NCBI GenBank assembly: GCA_043228905.1
Contig: JBHGNT010000007.1
Coordinates: 11,842,001 to 11,906,000, forward strand
Source of the DNA: Azolla caroliniana
Taxonomy: Eukaryota > Plantae > Polypodiophyta
Direction: 5' to 3'
Length of the DNA: 64,000 nt
Shown: piece by piece, positions 21,059 to 34,583 of the stretch
Layout of the letters: the number at the start of each line of letters is the position of its first letter
How positions within the stretch are numbered: the first letter of the stretch is position 1
Position numbers and translations under genes: made by a program
The notes under the pieces: model-generated
What the model saw: the letters and a program-made list of their open reading frames with translations, nothing else
Told to the model about the DNA's origin: nothing
Databases searched by the model: none

Positions 21059-22216
21059 ATGGCTACTGTTAGCGCCCAAGAATACCAATCCGTTTTCTCC
21101 GAGCTACAGTGCCTAAAAGAAAAATTTGTTGCCCTGGAACAAGAAAACCAACGGCTGATAGGGGATCTGCAACAAATCGCTCTAGAAAAACAACAAACGC
21201 AACAACAACATGGGGAGTTAGCGTTACGGGTACAACAACTCGAAGCAGCGTTGCAACAACAAGGATCCAGTCCCCAAGGATTTCATAAAGAGCCCAAGAT
21301 TGAACTTCCTGTGAAATTTGATGGAACGCGTTCGCAATTCCGGGGATTCCTTAATCAGGTACGCTTAGTCATCCAGATGCATCCTTCCCGGTATCCCACT
21401 GATGCATCTCGAGTCGGCCTAATAGGCACGCTACTTAGCGGCTCAGCCTTGGCATGGTTTGCTCCGCTTCTAGAAAAACAATCACCCTTACTTAATAACT
21501 TTGAAGATTTTATTGGAGAGTTTAAAGCCTGCTTTGGAGACACCGACAGCATCAGGACGGCGATCAACAAGATCCGGCGATTGCGTCAAGGCGATCGTCC
21601 AGCCTCTGCCTACGCGGCGGATTTCCGCCTACTTGCTTCAGATATACCCTGGGATGATCAAGCACTAATGGAGCAGTTTCGCTATGGCTTGCGAAACGAT
21701 GTCAAAGATCTACTTCTAACTTTCCCCGAAGAACCAAAGTCTCTTACGGAGGCAATCAGTCGAGCAGTTCGATGTGACAACCGCCTTTTTGAACGTCGTT
21801 CAGAACGTCAATTACAGATACCACGCTCTAGGCCAGAGCCCACTTACGCCGCAGTCGCGGCTAAACCGTTTGCACGAGACATACCTCAAGCAAATACTTC
21901 GACACCGATGGAGATCGATACCATGCGTCGACGCGGCCCGTTATCGGAAGAAGAAAAGCAACGACGACGTGCCAATCGATTATGTCTTTATTGCGGTGGA
22001 CCAGGACATATCGCCATCAATTGTCCCCATAGGCCAAGAAGACAGGTAAATCAAATCGTCGCTTGTACTAAACCCGAGTCAATTCTTCCCTTCGGAGTGT
22101 CTGATAGTATTAATAGTACTAATAGAGTGTCAGATAGTATTCATAGTACTAATAGCCCAAGTATCTCAAATAAATTTGAAATCCTTAGTCAATTAGATGA
22201 AGAGTTAAACGATTAA
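21059..22216 (+). CDS. gag: Chromovirus Gag (capsid + CCHC zinc knuckle)
   Basis: PVKFDGTRSQFRGFL, LRQGDRPASAYAADF and CLYCGGPGHIAINC. Confidence 0.93.
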   Translation: MATVSAQEYQSVFSELQCLKEKFVALEQENQRLIGDLQQIALEKQQTQQQHGELALRVQQLEAALQQQGSSPQGFHKEPKIELPVKFDGTRSQFRGFLNQVRLVIQMHPSRYPTDASRVGLIGTLLSGSALAWFAPLLEKQSPLLNNFEDFIGEFKACFGDTDSIRTAINKIRRLRQGDRPASAYAADFRLLASDIPWDDQALMEQFRYGLRNDVKDLLLTFPEEPKSLTEAISRAVRCDNRLFERRSERQLQIPRSRPEPTYAAVAAKPFARDIPQANTSTPMEIDTMRRRGPLSEEEKQRRRANRLCLYCGGPGHIAINCPHRPRRQVNQIVACTKPESILPFGVSDSINSTNRVSDSIHSTNSPSISNKFEILSQLDEELND

Positions 22217-22834
22217 GTCCAGCCAAAATAGGAGCCATTTGGTTGGACAGCAACCCTAGATCTGTACAGCCCATTAGTGGTTCCATTCCTTCCAAGCAAG
22301 TTAGCAATGTGTTCCTAGCCCAAGTCATTGTTAGTACTAAAAGTACTCCCCCAGTACCCGTCCTAGCACTTTTAGATTCCGGAGCTAATTCTTGTTTCAT
22401 GGATCGAAATTTTGCCCAAGCTTCTCAGATATCCTTAAGAAAACTTCCTTGTCCCGCATCTGTAGTGGTCATTGATGGTCGTCCCATTGCTTCCGGGAAT
22501 ATTGTAGAAGAATCAGAACCCATTCAAGTTGTCCTAGGTAGTTTTGTGTGTATAATATCATTTAATATAATTAGTAGTCTCCCATTGTCCTAGGATTACC
22601 TTGGCTTGAATTACATAATCCAGCCATAGATTGGAGAACAAGAGAAGTCCGATATCGACCACCCCAAGAATCAACTCACCGAGTTTCGACCATTTCACTC
22701 CATCAACTACGCGAAGAAGGACCCAAGGAGGCAATGTTCCTATTTGCCATATCAGTACATCCTTCTAGCACTATTAAGAAGGACTCCTCAATACAACTTC
22801 CGGCAAAATTTCATCCTTATGCCGATGTATTTGA

Positions 22835-25800
22835 TGATGGAAATAATCGAAACTTTCCAAACTTCACCTCTCGGCCACAACCAAGGAAAACTCACGAATC
22901 GTTGTTGCAGAAAATGGGAAATGCAGTGGACACACGATTTAACGTGGAAAACCCTGTACGGGAAAAACCACGGGAGTACAAGACTCCGAACCAAAACTAT
23001 GCACAGAGAAGTATACAATGGCGAGCTGCAAGGCGACGACCTTGAGCTCGCTGTCCTCGCCACAGGCGGCGGAAATACACAGAGGCGTCGACCTCTTCCT
23101 CTCTCACGCTCTATCTCTCTCACGGCTGCACTCTCTTCACTCCTCTTGAGTGGAAAAACAGAAAAATGAGTAGCAACATTAAAACTGTTTGCCCTAAGTC
23201 ATATTTATACACATATGACTTTCGGGCTATTTACAACTATAGCCTCAAGGGCCCTTGGCAAACATATTCACAAATATGTCCCCGCATCCGGATCTCTCTC
23301 CGGGTACATTCGTCATCCGGCTCCGAAACCGGGATCTTCATCATCCGGTTCCGAAACAGCAACCGGGCTTGTCGTCATTCATCTCCGACATCCGACCATC
23401 CCATCCGAAGGGACCGAAATCCCAACAAACTCCCCCTTCACTTCGGCATGGGATGTCTCTCCAATCCGATCCTCTTCCGGCATGCTTCCAGCTTGTCGGG
23501 TGTGAGCACCTTGGTCAGCATATCCGACCCGTTCTCGTCCGTGTGGACCTTCGTCAGCACGAACTCCTTGTCTTCTATCCTTTCCCGGATCCAGTGATAT
23601 CTTCGCTGGATGTGCTTCGTCCGGGAGTGATAGGCCGCGTTCTTCGCAAGGTGGATTGCACTCTGATTGTCGCAGTAGAGTCGGTACTCCTCCTGCCGGA
23701 TACCGAGCTCTCTAATGAAGTCCTTCATCCATATTATTTCCTTGCCGGCTTCAACAGCCGCCATATACTCCGCCTCCGTGGTTGACAACGCAACCGTCTT
23801 CTGCAGCCTCGACTTCCATGAAATAGCTCCCCCTGCATACGTCATCACATACCCTGATGTGGACCGGCTGGTATCTGCATCAGCCGACATATCCGAATCG
23901 GTGAAGCCGTCGAGTTCGGGCTTACCGGAGCCGAATCGGAGGCACACGTTTTCCGTGCCCTTCAGGTATCGGAGTATCCACTTGGCCGCGTTCCAATGCT
24001 CTTTGCCGGGATTGCTCATGTACCGGCTCACCACTCCGACTGCATATCCGATGTCCGGTCGGGTACACACCATTGCGTACATCAAGCTCCCGACGGCAGA
24101 GGCATATGGTACTTTCATCATGTCCTCCTTCTCAGCCTTTGTCTTGGGGCTCTGCTTGCTGGACAGCTTGCAGTTTGCCGGGAGGGTCGATCCGACCGGT
24201 CTTGCTTCCGACATGTTGAACCGGTGAAGCACCTTTGTCACGTACTTCTCCTGTGACAGCCACAACTGCTTCTTCTTCCGGTCCCGAATGATGTGCATCC
24301 CTAGTATTTGCCTCGCCGGACCCAGGTCCTTCATTGAGAAGGTTCGGTGAAGAGCCTTCTTCAGCATCCGTATCTTGACCTGGTCTCGTCCGACGATCAA
24401 CATGTCGTCCACGTACAGGAGGAGTATTAGAAAGTCTCCTCCTTCGAACTTCTTCACAAACACGCAGTGGTCGGACTGCGTTTTGAGGTACCCTTCGTCG
24501 GTCATGAAAGAGTCGAACTTCCGGTACCATTGTCGGGGAGCCTGCTTCAGTCCGTAAAGGCTCTTCTTCAACCGGCATACCAGGTGCTCCTTCCCTTTCT
24601 TCTCGAATCCTTCCGGTTGCTGCATGTAGATCTCTTCTTCGAGGTCACCGTGAAGGAATGTCGTCTTCACGTCCATCTGTTCTACCTCGAGGTCCATGCT
24701 TGCCGCTATGCTCAGCACCGTCCGGATGGAGGTCATCTTCACTACCGGGGCAAATATCTCGTCGAAGTCGACGCCCTTCTTCTGCTGAAACCCCTTCACC
24801 ACGATCCTGGCTTTGTATCTCGGGGGGTTTCCGGCATCTCCCGGTTTCAGCTTGAACACCCACTTGTTTCGAAGTGCCCGCTTTCCTTTCGGCAACTCCA
24901 CAAGTTCATATGTGTGGTTCTCATGCAGGGAATCCATCTCGTCCTGCATGGCACTCAACCACCTGCGGCTCTGGGTGTCATTCTTTGCTTCTTCAAAGCT
25001 CTCCGGCTCCCCTTCGTCGGTTAGCAGCACGTGCTCTGGTTCCGGAAATCTCCGGGGGGCCCTTCTCTCTCTTAGAGGATATCTCCGTTCCGGAGCTTCG
25101 GTAACCGGTTCTTCCGATTCTTCTTCATCCGAATCCATTTCGGGATCGGGGCCGGTTCCGGTATCATTTTCATCTTCTTCGGCCGGTTTTGTTTCTTCAC
25201 CGTCTTCGGCCGGATCCTCGAGTGCTAACCGGTCCCTTGCCGGTCGGGACTGCTCCTCGTAGAGTTGATCCTCACCGGTCGACTTGGAGCTCTTCATCTT
25301 CTTCTCCGACTCCCAGTCGGCGAGTGTCTTGTTCTCCATGAAGATGATATCACGACTCCGGAATATCTTCTTGTCGACCGGGTCCCATACTCGGTAGCCG
25401 AACTCGTCATCGCCGTAACCGAGGAATATGCATGGCCGGGTCTTTGGATCTAGCTTTCCTCTCCGGTCGTTAGCCACATGCACATATGCGAGACACCCGA
25501 ACACCTTCAGATGCCGGTAGGATACTTCCCTACCGGTCCACACTCTCTGCGGCGTGTCTCCGTCCAAAGGTACTGAGGGTGATCTGTTTATCACGTATGT
25601 CGCCGTCGACATTGCCTCAGCCCAAAACCCCTTGGGTAATTTCGCTTGCGCCAGCATACTCTGGACCCTCTCCATTATGGTCCGGTTCATCCTCTCGGCC
25701 AGCCCGTTCAGTTCCGGCATCTTCAGCACAGTAAACTCGAGCCGGATTCCCTTCGAGCGACAGTACTCCGCGAACTGCCCCCGGTATTCCCCTCCGTTAT

Positions 25801-28134
25801 CCGCTCGTATCGCTTTCAGCTTCTTGCCGGATTCCCTTTCCACTCTCGCGTGGAGTTCTTTGAAGACGCACAACGCTTGGTCCTTTGTCTTCAACGGTGC
25901 CGTCCACAGCTTCCGGCTGTGATCATCAATGAATGTTACGAAGTACTGGGCTCCGCCATGTGACTTCGTTTCTACCTGACACACATCAGTGTGCACCAAC
26001 TCCAATGGTGCGCTACGTCTCGTCGGTGGCCTTGAGTGGAAGGAGGTTCGGTTCTGCTTACTGGCCAGGCAATCGGTGCACTTCTCCAGGTGCACATGCT
26101 TCACTGGAATAAGGTTGTCTTCTGCAAGCCTCTTCATCCCCTTCTCACTCATGTGGCACAGTCTCTTGTGCCACAGCTCACCGGCAGTGTCGGCTGCCAC
26201 GTTCAACTCTTCCGGACACAACCAGGCATTCATAAGGTACAGTGTGTTGACTTTCCGGGCCCGAGCCACTATCAGGCTTCCCTTGCTGAACTTCATTACG
26301 CCGTTCCGGATGCTACCTGTGTAGCCTTCATCGTCTAGCCTCCCGGCCGAAATCAGGTTCAATCAAACCTCCGGAACGTGTCGGACATCCTTCAGCAGCA
26401 TTTTGCATCCGGTCGGGGTTGTCAACCACACGTCTCCTATGCCGGCAATCCGGCACGTACCTTCATTTCCCATCCGAACACAGCCATGCTCACCGGCTGT
26501 GTAGGATGAGAAGTATCTTCTTTCCGGGGTCAGGTGGAACGACGCTCCGGAATCGACCACCCAGGTAGTCTCATCGCCGGCAATATTTAGTTCACCTTCT
26601 TCGGTGATGAGCATGATCTCCTCTTCACTTGCCGCGAGTGCCGTCGTTCCTTTCCGGTCCTGCCCTCGCCGATCCGAACCATTTCGGTCCGTGGCTCCCC
26701 GGTAAGCACCGTTCCGTTCCGAAGACTTCTTCGAATCGGTGTCGTCGGCTCCGTTGTCTTTTCGGTAATGCCGACAATTCTTCCGGAAGTGCCCCGGCTT
26801 CCCACAGTGGAAGCATGTGGGTCTTCCTCTTGACTGCGACCGGGTCCCCGACTTCTGCCGTCTTTGCGGACTCCGGTTCCATTGTCTTCCCCGTTCCGAT
26901 TCGGTAAGCAGCGCCTTCGAGTCGGAGGCCGGTTCTTTATCTCTCCGACGCGCTTCTTCGTTCAAAATACTTGTCTTTACCGTTTGTAGGGACAAGTTAT
27001 CTTCGGTGCAGGAGGTGCTGAGAGTCACCACCAAGTTCTCCCAGCTTTCCGGCAATGTACACATCAGAATGATGGCTTGCATTGCATCCTCCAGCGGGAA
27101 CTTGATCGCCGCAAGCTGGTTCACGAATCCCATGAACGTGCTTACGTGTTCCACCATACTCTCGCCGTCCCGGTACTTGAGGTTCACTATCTTCCTCATC
27201 AGGGAGGTCCGGTTCAATGCATTCTTCCTCTCATAGAGGCCCGACAGCTTCCACCACATCTCATATGCGTTGGTGTCGTTCGCTACATGTTGTAGAACGC
27301 TCACGTCTACGTATTGCCGAATGGTTGCAACGGCTTTCCGGTTCAGAAGCCTCCATTCCGACTCAAGTACCCCCTTCGGTATTTCCGACCTGTCAATCGG
27401 TTCGTACAGGTCCCGAACAATCAGAAGATCCTCCATCTTGATCTTCCAGTCGGCGTAATTCTGCGCATTCAGCACCATCATCCCCGGCTGCCCGCTGCCG
27501 TCGCCTTCCATTTTCTGCAGCAACTCGCTCTGATACCAAATTGATGGAAATAATCGAAACTTTCCAAACTTCACCTCTCGGCCACAACCAAGGAAAACTC
27601 ACGAATCGTTGTTGCAGAAAATGGGAAATGCAGTGGACACACGATTTAACGTGGAAAACCCTGTACGGGAAAAACCACGGGAGTACAAGACTCCGAACCA
27701 AAACTATGCACAGAGAAGTATACAATGGCGAGCTGCAAGGCGACGACCTTGAGCTCGCTGTCCTCGCCACAGGCGGCGGAAATACACAGAGGCGTCGACC
27801 TCTTCCTCTCTCACGCTCTATCTCTCTCACGGCTGCACTCTCTTCACTCCTCTTGAGTGGAAAAACAGAAAAATGAGTAGCAACATTAAAACTGTTTGCC
27901 CTAAGTCATATTTATACACATATGACTTTCGGGCTATTTACAACTATAGCCTCAAGGGCCCTTGGCAAACATATTCACAAATATGTCCCCGCATCCGGAT
28001 CTCTCTCCGGGTACATTCGTCATCCGGCTCCGAAACCGGGATCTTCATCATCCGGTTCCGAAACAGCAACCGGGCTTGTCGTCATTCATCTCCGACATCC
28101 GACCATCCCATCCGAAGGGACCAAAATCCCAACA
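22835..28134 (-). mobile_element. Young full-length Ty1/Copia element; 593-bp LTRs 22835-23427 and 27542-28134
   Basis: The LTRs are almost identical (1 difference seen). Perfect TSD TTTGA, iMet PBS at 27527-27538, and PPT GAAGGGGGAG. Confidence 0.97.
23438..27511 (-). CDS. Copia gag-PR-IN-RT-RH polyprotein with one in-frame TGA at 26363-26365
   Basis: CFHCGKPGHFRKNC, WVVDSGAS, LVHTDVC, ADNGGEY, LLYVDDML and YCDNQSA. RHVPEV*LNLIS is probably CGA changed to TGA. Confidence 0.93.
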
Positions 28135-31100
28135 TTTGACAAGGTAAAAGCCGGTACCCTTCCTCATCACCGTCCCTATGACTGTCCCATCGATTTACAA
28201 CCAGGAACCGAGCCACCATGGGGACCAATTTACAACTTGTCACCCACCAAGTTAGAAGTCCTTCGAGCCTACATAGAGGAGAACTTGGCAAGCGGGTTCA
28301 TCCGTCATTCGAAATCTCCGGCCGGTGCACCCATCTTCTTTGTCAAGAAGAAAGATGGCTCACTTCTTCTTGTCGTTGATTACCGCGGATTGAATAAAGT
28401 CACCATCCGGAATAGGTATGCACTTCCTCTTATATCAAGTCTTTTAGAGCGAGTTAATGGTGCCAAGTTTTTTACTAAAATCGACCTACGAGGAGCGTAT
28501 AATCTCGTGCGGATCCGACCGGGAGATGAGTGGAAGACCGCTTTTCGCACGCGGTATGGGCATTTCGAGTATACTGTTATGCCGTTTGGCCTAACCAATG
28601 CACCCGCAGTCTTCCAACACATGGCAAATGATATATTCAGAGACCTCTTGGATATCTGTTTGATCATTTATCTGGATGATCTGTTGATTTATTCAAAGAC
28701 CCAGGAAGAGCACGATTCTCATGTACTATTAGTACTAAAGCGACTCCGTGAGAATGGTCTTTATGCCAAGCTAGAGAAATGTAGCTTTGACTGCAAGCAA
28801 GTGGAATTTCTAGGCTACGTCATCTCCTCAAAGGGCATCGCCATGGATCCAGCTAAAATCCAAACTGTACTAGAGTGGCAAATTCCACGGTCGGTACGAG
28901 ATGTACAATGTTTTCTAGGCTTTGCTAACTTCTACCGTAAGTTTATACAGGATTACTCGAAGATTATTTTACCTCTCACACAACTTACGAAGAAGGGCCA
29001 AGCATTTCTTTGGTCCATCGAAGCAGATATGGCTTTTCGGCATCTTAAGAAAGCCTTTACATCAGCACCGATTCTAGCTCATGTGGATACAAGCAAACCA
29101 TTCATCATGGAGGCCGATGCATCAGATTTCGCCCTCGATAGCATCCTTTCTCAACAAGGCGATAAAGAAGAGTTGCATCCGGTGGCTTTCCATTCACGCA
29201 AATTCAATGTCGCAGAAATCAACTACGAAATACATGACAAGGAGTTATTAGCCATCGTGGATTCATTTGTACAATGGCGGCATTTCTTAGAGGGCTCTCC
29301 ACATCAGGTCATTGTCTTTAGCGATCATAAAAATCTTGCTTATTTTCAGAACGCTCGCGTACTAAATCGACGGCAAGCTCGGTGGGCGCAATTCCTCACG
29401 CGTTTCCACTTCGAAATCACATATCGACCGGGGAAGCAGCAAGGAAAAGCAGATGCACTATCACGGCGTTCATATCTTGCACCTCGTCCTGCTGACGCAA
29501 CATTTGATAATCAAAAGCAAGTAATCTTGGGACCAACACGATTGCACACGATGCAGATTTTTCACACCCCGATGGATTCACGGATTACCGATGACATACG
29601 TGCAACCTTGAAGACGGATAGTTTTGCTCAAGACATCCTGGCGCACATTGATACTTCTCGGGCATCCTGTTCTCAGTCTCAACAACCAGGTATTGACTAC
29701 CGACAATTCGAATATCATGATGGTTTGTTATTCTTTAAAAAGCGCGTATATGTCCCCGATTGCTCCTGTCGCCTTCAAATCGTCCAACATTGTCACGACA
29801 CCCATACGGCGGGACATTTCGGTAGTACCAAGACGTTGGAGTTAGTGCAGCGATCTTTTTGGTGGCCCCACATGCGCCGTTTTGTCGACGACTACGTTCG
29901 GACCTGTGATGCTTGCTGCCGAGCAAAGATGCCACGACACCATCCATATGGCTTGTTGGAACCTTTACCGATTCCAAGTAAGCCATGGCAGTCTATTTGT
30001 CTTGATTTTATTACAGATCTGCCAGTCTCGAAGGGGTTCGATGCTATCCTAACCGTCGTCGATCGATATACGAAGATGGCACATTTTGTGCCATGTACTA
30101 AAGCCATCACTAGCGAGGAAACCACCGCTCTTGTTATGCGTGAGGTATTTCGGCATCATGGCCTACCAGAGAGTATTATCAGTGACCGAGGCCCGCAATT
30201 TGTCTCCAAATTTTGGCAACATCTCTTCAGGATGCTCAAGGTCTCCTGCAACCTCTCCTCCGGCTACCATCCTCAAACTGACGGACAGGCGGAACGAACA
30301 AACCAAACGTTGGAGCAATATCTCCGGTGTTTCCTGAGTTATCAACAGGACGATTGGGCCGAGATTCTCCACTTTGCGGAGTTTGCATATAATAATGCTA
30401 TTCACTCCTCGACTCGGGTCTCCCCATTTCTCGCTTATACCGGTTTCCATCCTCGCTGGTCGGTGATCGACACTCCGGAGCTACCTACCAACCCTCGTGC
30501 CGAGGACCATTTGGAGAGGCTACGCAAGATCCAGATGGATCTCTCTACTCACCTTCGTCATGCTCAACACACACAGAAGACTTATGCGGATCGTCATCGG
30601 ATTCCCTCCTCTTTTGCCATCGGAGATCGAGTATGGCTCTTACGTCGTCACATCAAGACTACTCGACCGTGCGACAAGTTGGATTATCGACGACTCGGTC
30701 CTTTCCGTATTACGGGGAAGATTAATGATGTCACCTTCCGTCTGGATCTCCCTCCGCAGCTTCAGATACATCCGGTTTTCCATTGTTCTCTTCTTGAACC
30801 TTATAAAGCAAACACCATTCCCGATCGTGTGACACCACCGCCGCCCCCGTTGGAGTTGGACACCGGCCCGGAGTATGAAGTTGCTGCCATCCTCGATTCC
30901 AAACTTGTTCGCAACATGTTATTCTCTGACCGGACAAGGCCTAACACAAGGTGTCACGGAGACACTTCACCAAAGGGTGATTACGGCATAGGATTAAGAT
31001 TCAACGCCTACACCGACTTACGTAGGTTACACGATTAGAGCGCTTTCGTTAATTACACGCGTAAGATATAACAGTAAGTACAGAACGGAAATCAACACAG

Positions 31101-31387
31101 AAGTATAAACACCATATGCTCTATTAATTATCCGCTGCGATTACAATGGGGTCCGGGCCTTTAAATAGGTTTCCGGCCCGTAGTACAAAACGGTGCCTAT
31201 CGCACCTATTCGGGATCCGTCCGGATCTGGAACGGCATACCGTCTCCAGTCCGTCCGTCCACACTATGCTTATTTACAACCATACTTAATTAACTCCTTC
31301 ACTCCGTATTTTGGACTCCTTGCCGGCCGGTAACACATGGCACGCCCGTGGGACAGTACCTTGTACGTCAAACCCTTCTCGGCCCCT

Positions 31388-34360
31388 TCATTGTTCACCC
31401 AAATTGTCCAAAATACTTTGTTCCAGAGTTTCCACTTGTTCTTCCGGTTGTGGTTGTTGCGGCTGTGCTTGCTGCTGCTGCTGTGGTTGCGGTTGGGCCT
31501 GAGGCTGCTCCGGCTGCTCTGCTTGATGCTGCTGCTCCGTTTGTTTCTCTGACTCCGGCTTCTCCGTTTGACTGCTTCCGGTCCGGTCTCCTTCCAGTAA
31601 CGGTTCCTCATCATTGAGATTGACCGTTACCGGTTCTCGTGCTTTCTCTTCCCGGATCCGGGACCTCTCGTAGCTTTCAAACTGGATCTGCGCCTCCAGC
31701 CTGTCGTCGTCCAGCTGAGCTACAAGTTGCCGGACTTGGCTTAGTTGGTCATCTGCCAAGGCTTGAAAGTCTTCGGCCAGCTCATCTCTTATGCCGGTGA
31801 AGTCTTCGGAAGTCAGCATATAACAATCATCTCCCTCCTTCCGCCGGTTCTCTACGTCGGCCCGGAGCAATTGGAGTTCCGCCGCGTTCGTGGCCCATTT
31901 GGTCCACCATTTGACGGAACCGTTGTCAATCAAGATCTTGGTCTGGTTCAACCAGGCCCGCATGATATCCTGGATGCGACTTGCTCCCATTTGCGCTCTA
32001 CTTTCCACCACTTGTCGCTCCTCCTTCAACTGCTTGATGAGATTCGCCGTATCCTCCGCCTGCTCTCTATAGCGCGTCAGCTGCCCTTGATATGTTGTTT
32101 GCAGCCTCTGCAGTACCTCCGCCGCTCTTTCTTTTTCCGCCTGCTGTTGCCTGAGGAGCTCTGTCCGAACCTTCTCCGCCTCTTCCAGCCGTCTTCTGGT
32201 TTCCGCTTGTTCCTTAGCGTATGCCGTTGCGGTCCGATCAACTGCTTGCCGGAGCTCATCCGTCCGTTCCTTGTGCTCCGTTTGCAACCGTTTATACTCC
32301 CGGTGCAAGTGCTCAAATTCCTCCGTTTTTTGTTTGAGCTTGCCGTTGATCTGGCGCTGGTTCCGGTCCTCCCGGTCCTTTACCTGCCGGAGTTCCTCTT
32401 TCAGGCGCTCTACTTCTGTTTCGGCGTTCCTCCGAAGCCTGTCCTTCTCTTGCAGCATTTTCTCCTTTTCCTCCTTGAGCCGGTCGTACGCTTGGTGGCC
32501 CTTCCGTAAGCACTCCTCGGCCCGGCGTAGATTCTCAGCAGTCTTTTTGAGTTCTGCCTCCACTGCCGTCTTCAATTCTCTTTCGCGGCTCCTCAGCGCT
32601 TCTTGGGCAGCTAGCTCATCCTTTAAGTCCGCAAGCTCTTGGGCTTGTGCCGCATTTCTCTCCGGAACGGTTTCCGTTGCCGGGGTCTGATTGCTATGTA
32701 CAGGTTGATCTGACGCTTTATTCTGTACATTGCCCGGAGTCACCGGTGCTTGGACTTGTGTTGTCAAAGCCAATTGAGCCATTTCCCTTGTGACCCTGTC
32801 CAAGTCTTGTTCAAGGCTCCGGATTCTGGACCGGGCCGTCTCTAGATCTACGGTTGTGACGAGCAACTGTTCCTGGTGCGCTCTCTCCTCCGCCTCTATG
32901 TACTCGACCACTCCGGCGATTTGCTCGCCTACCCACCGTAGCCACATGCTACTGGTGCCTTGCTGCTGTACTGGTCGGGTCGGCTCGTTCACTGTGGAAT
33001 TGTCTGGCCTGAGTGCCTGTATCTGCCGTTCTGGTTCTACTCCTTGGCCGCCATGTGTGCTGGCTGGGCTCGCCGGCTGTTGAGTTCCGGTTCTCGCCGT
33101 CTCCGGAGCCGTTGGAATGACTTCCTCTATAGAAGTCGACAAGGCCGGTTCCATACGCACCGGTTCCGGTTCCTCCCTTGTGGTTTGCTCAGGTTGAGTT
33201 GGGGGCGTTTCTTCCTCTTGCGGGTACGAACGCTCCCCCGCTGTCCCGGCGGTCCTACTTCTTGACCGTCGTTGGAGGTGCTCTTCTGCTTCCTCCGTTT
33301 CCTCTTCCTGGGTAACGGCATGTTTCTGTGCCGTCAAGGGTTCCGGTTCCTTCTGTCCCGGTCGCCGTATGGTTATCTTGACGGGTCGGACCGGTGACAC
33401 CTCCTCCGGTTCTGGGAGCCGTTCCTTCCCTTTCGTCGCCTTTGACGCCAACAGCTGATGTCGTTTAGACGCAGGTTTCGAGGTGCTTCCTTCCGATAAT
33501 CTTGGCCGCTTCTTTGGCTGGACGGTCTCAACCGACGGAACTAGCAATGTTATCCACTAAGCTACGGCATGCCACAGCTTCCGGCCCTCCTTGCCGTCCT
33601 TTCCTCGTACCATGTCGATTGCCGCGCACAAACCGTCTGCAATCAACACCGACCAATCCACCTTGGTCCCTTCATAGGTGGCTATGATCATCCCTGCCCG
33701 ATTTTTTGGCATGACAGGGGGTCGGGGGTACACGTGGCCGTACTCATGGAGCACTCGAGCTATCTCCCTGAATAGCGGATCTTCGCCGCCCTGCGTTCGA
33801 TAGCCTTTGCCGGCAACAGAGTACTCACCGAAATATCGGATGAGTTGCTCCGATGTTGGGTTATCGATCTGAAAGATACCTCCCTCCGGAAGGCCTGTTA
33901 GCGCACGGATCGCTTCCTCGGTGATGACTTCTGTGTCGAGCTCCTTGATGACCCTGTCGGCTTCTCTGTGCGGTGGTGCCTCCATGATGGTCAAGAACCC
34001 ATCCAGTCCGTGTTGCCTGAACCATTTCCTGGCCGCTTCCGTCAGCGTTTGTGGTTCCATGTCTGCTTCGAGGTCGAGGAAAGATGGCGAGGTAGAGTGG
34101 TGATGAGAGTGAGAGCGAGAGAGAGAGCGTTCCGAACGTGGGGGTTCTCTGAGTGCAGGTTCGCGTTTGCTAAGCTTCCACTGCCTTGGTGCTTCTGTGC
34201 TTCTTGGCTCGCGAAAGAAAAAGGTCTCCATGCGTTCTTCTTTTTCTCGCTGCGTCTTGGCACCTTTTTCGAGCATGCACACGTCGTGTACCCATTTAGT
34301 ATTAAGTAGCGTGGCGGCTCTTAAATGCCCACTTCGTACCTTTTCGCTCCTTGCTTTCAC
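31388..34360 (-). CDS. Extra sense ORF after pol: plant-transposon-protein-like N-terminal domain plus a long coiled coil; one in-frame TAG at 33557-33559
   Basis: ORFs 33557-34360 and 31388-33547 are in the same frame. ITEEAIRALTGLPEGG and GTKVDWSVLI resemble the accessory domain of Athila/Tat-type extra ORFs. Homologues lie at 10592-13360 and 62748-64000. The true start is probably the ATG near 34060. Confidence 0.75.
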
Positions 34361-34583
34361 GTCCGTTCATACCTCGATTTTTAATGATTTCTTTTATTTT
34401 TATTTTTATTATTATTATTTATTTATTTATTTTTAATGACGGTATGTGATCTTACACATCCGTAGGTCCCTTCGGACCCTTACCATTTTCCTTACGGGTT
34501 GCCGTGTCTTCCTTCGCCTCTGCTACGGGTCCCCCGTCGTCTTTTGCTTCCATCCGTACCGTTCCCGGTATAGTGCCGGTGGG

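Noticed and set aside
27922-31038. The 1038-aa ORF as one real protein
   Set aside because: Its first 71 or so and last 40 or so residues are read through flanking LTRs of nested elements; only 28135-30916 is pol.
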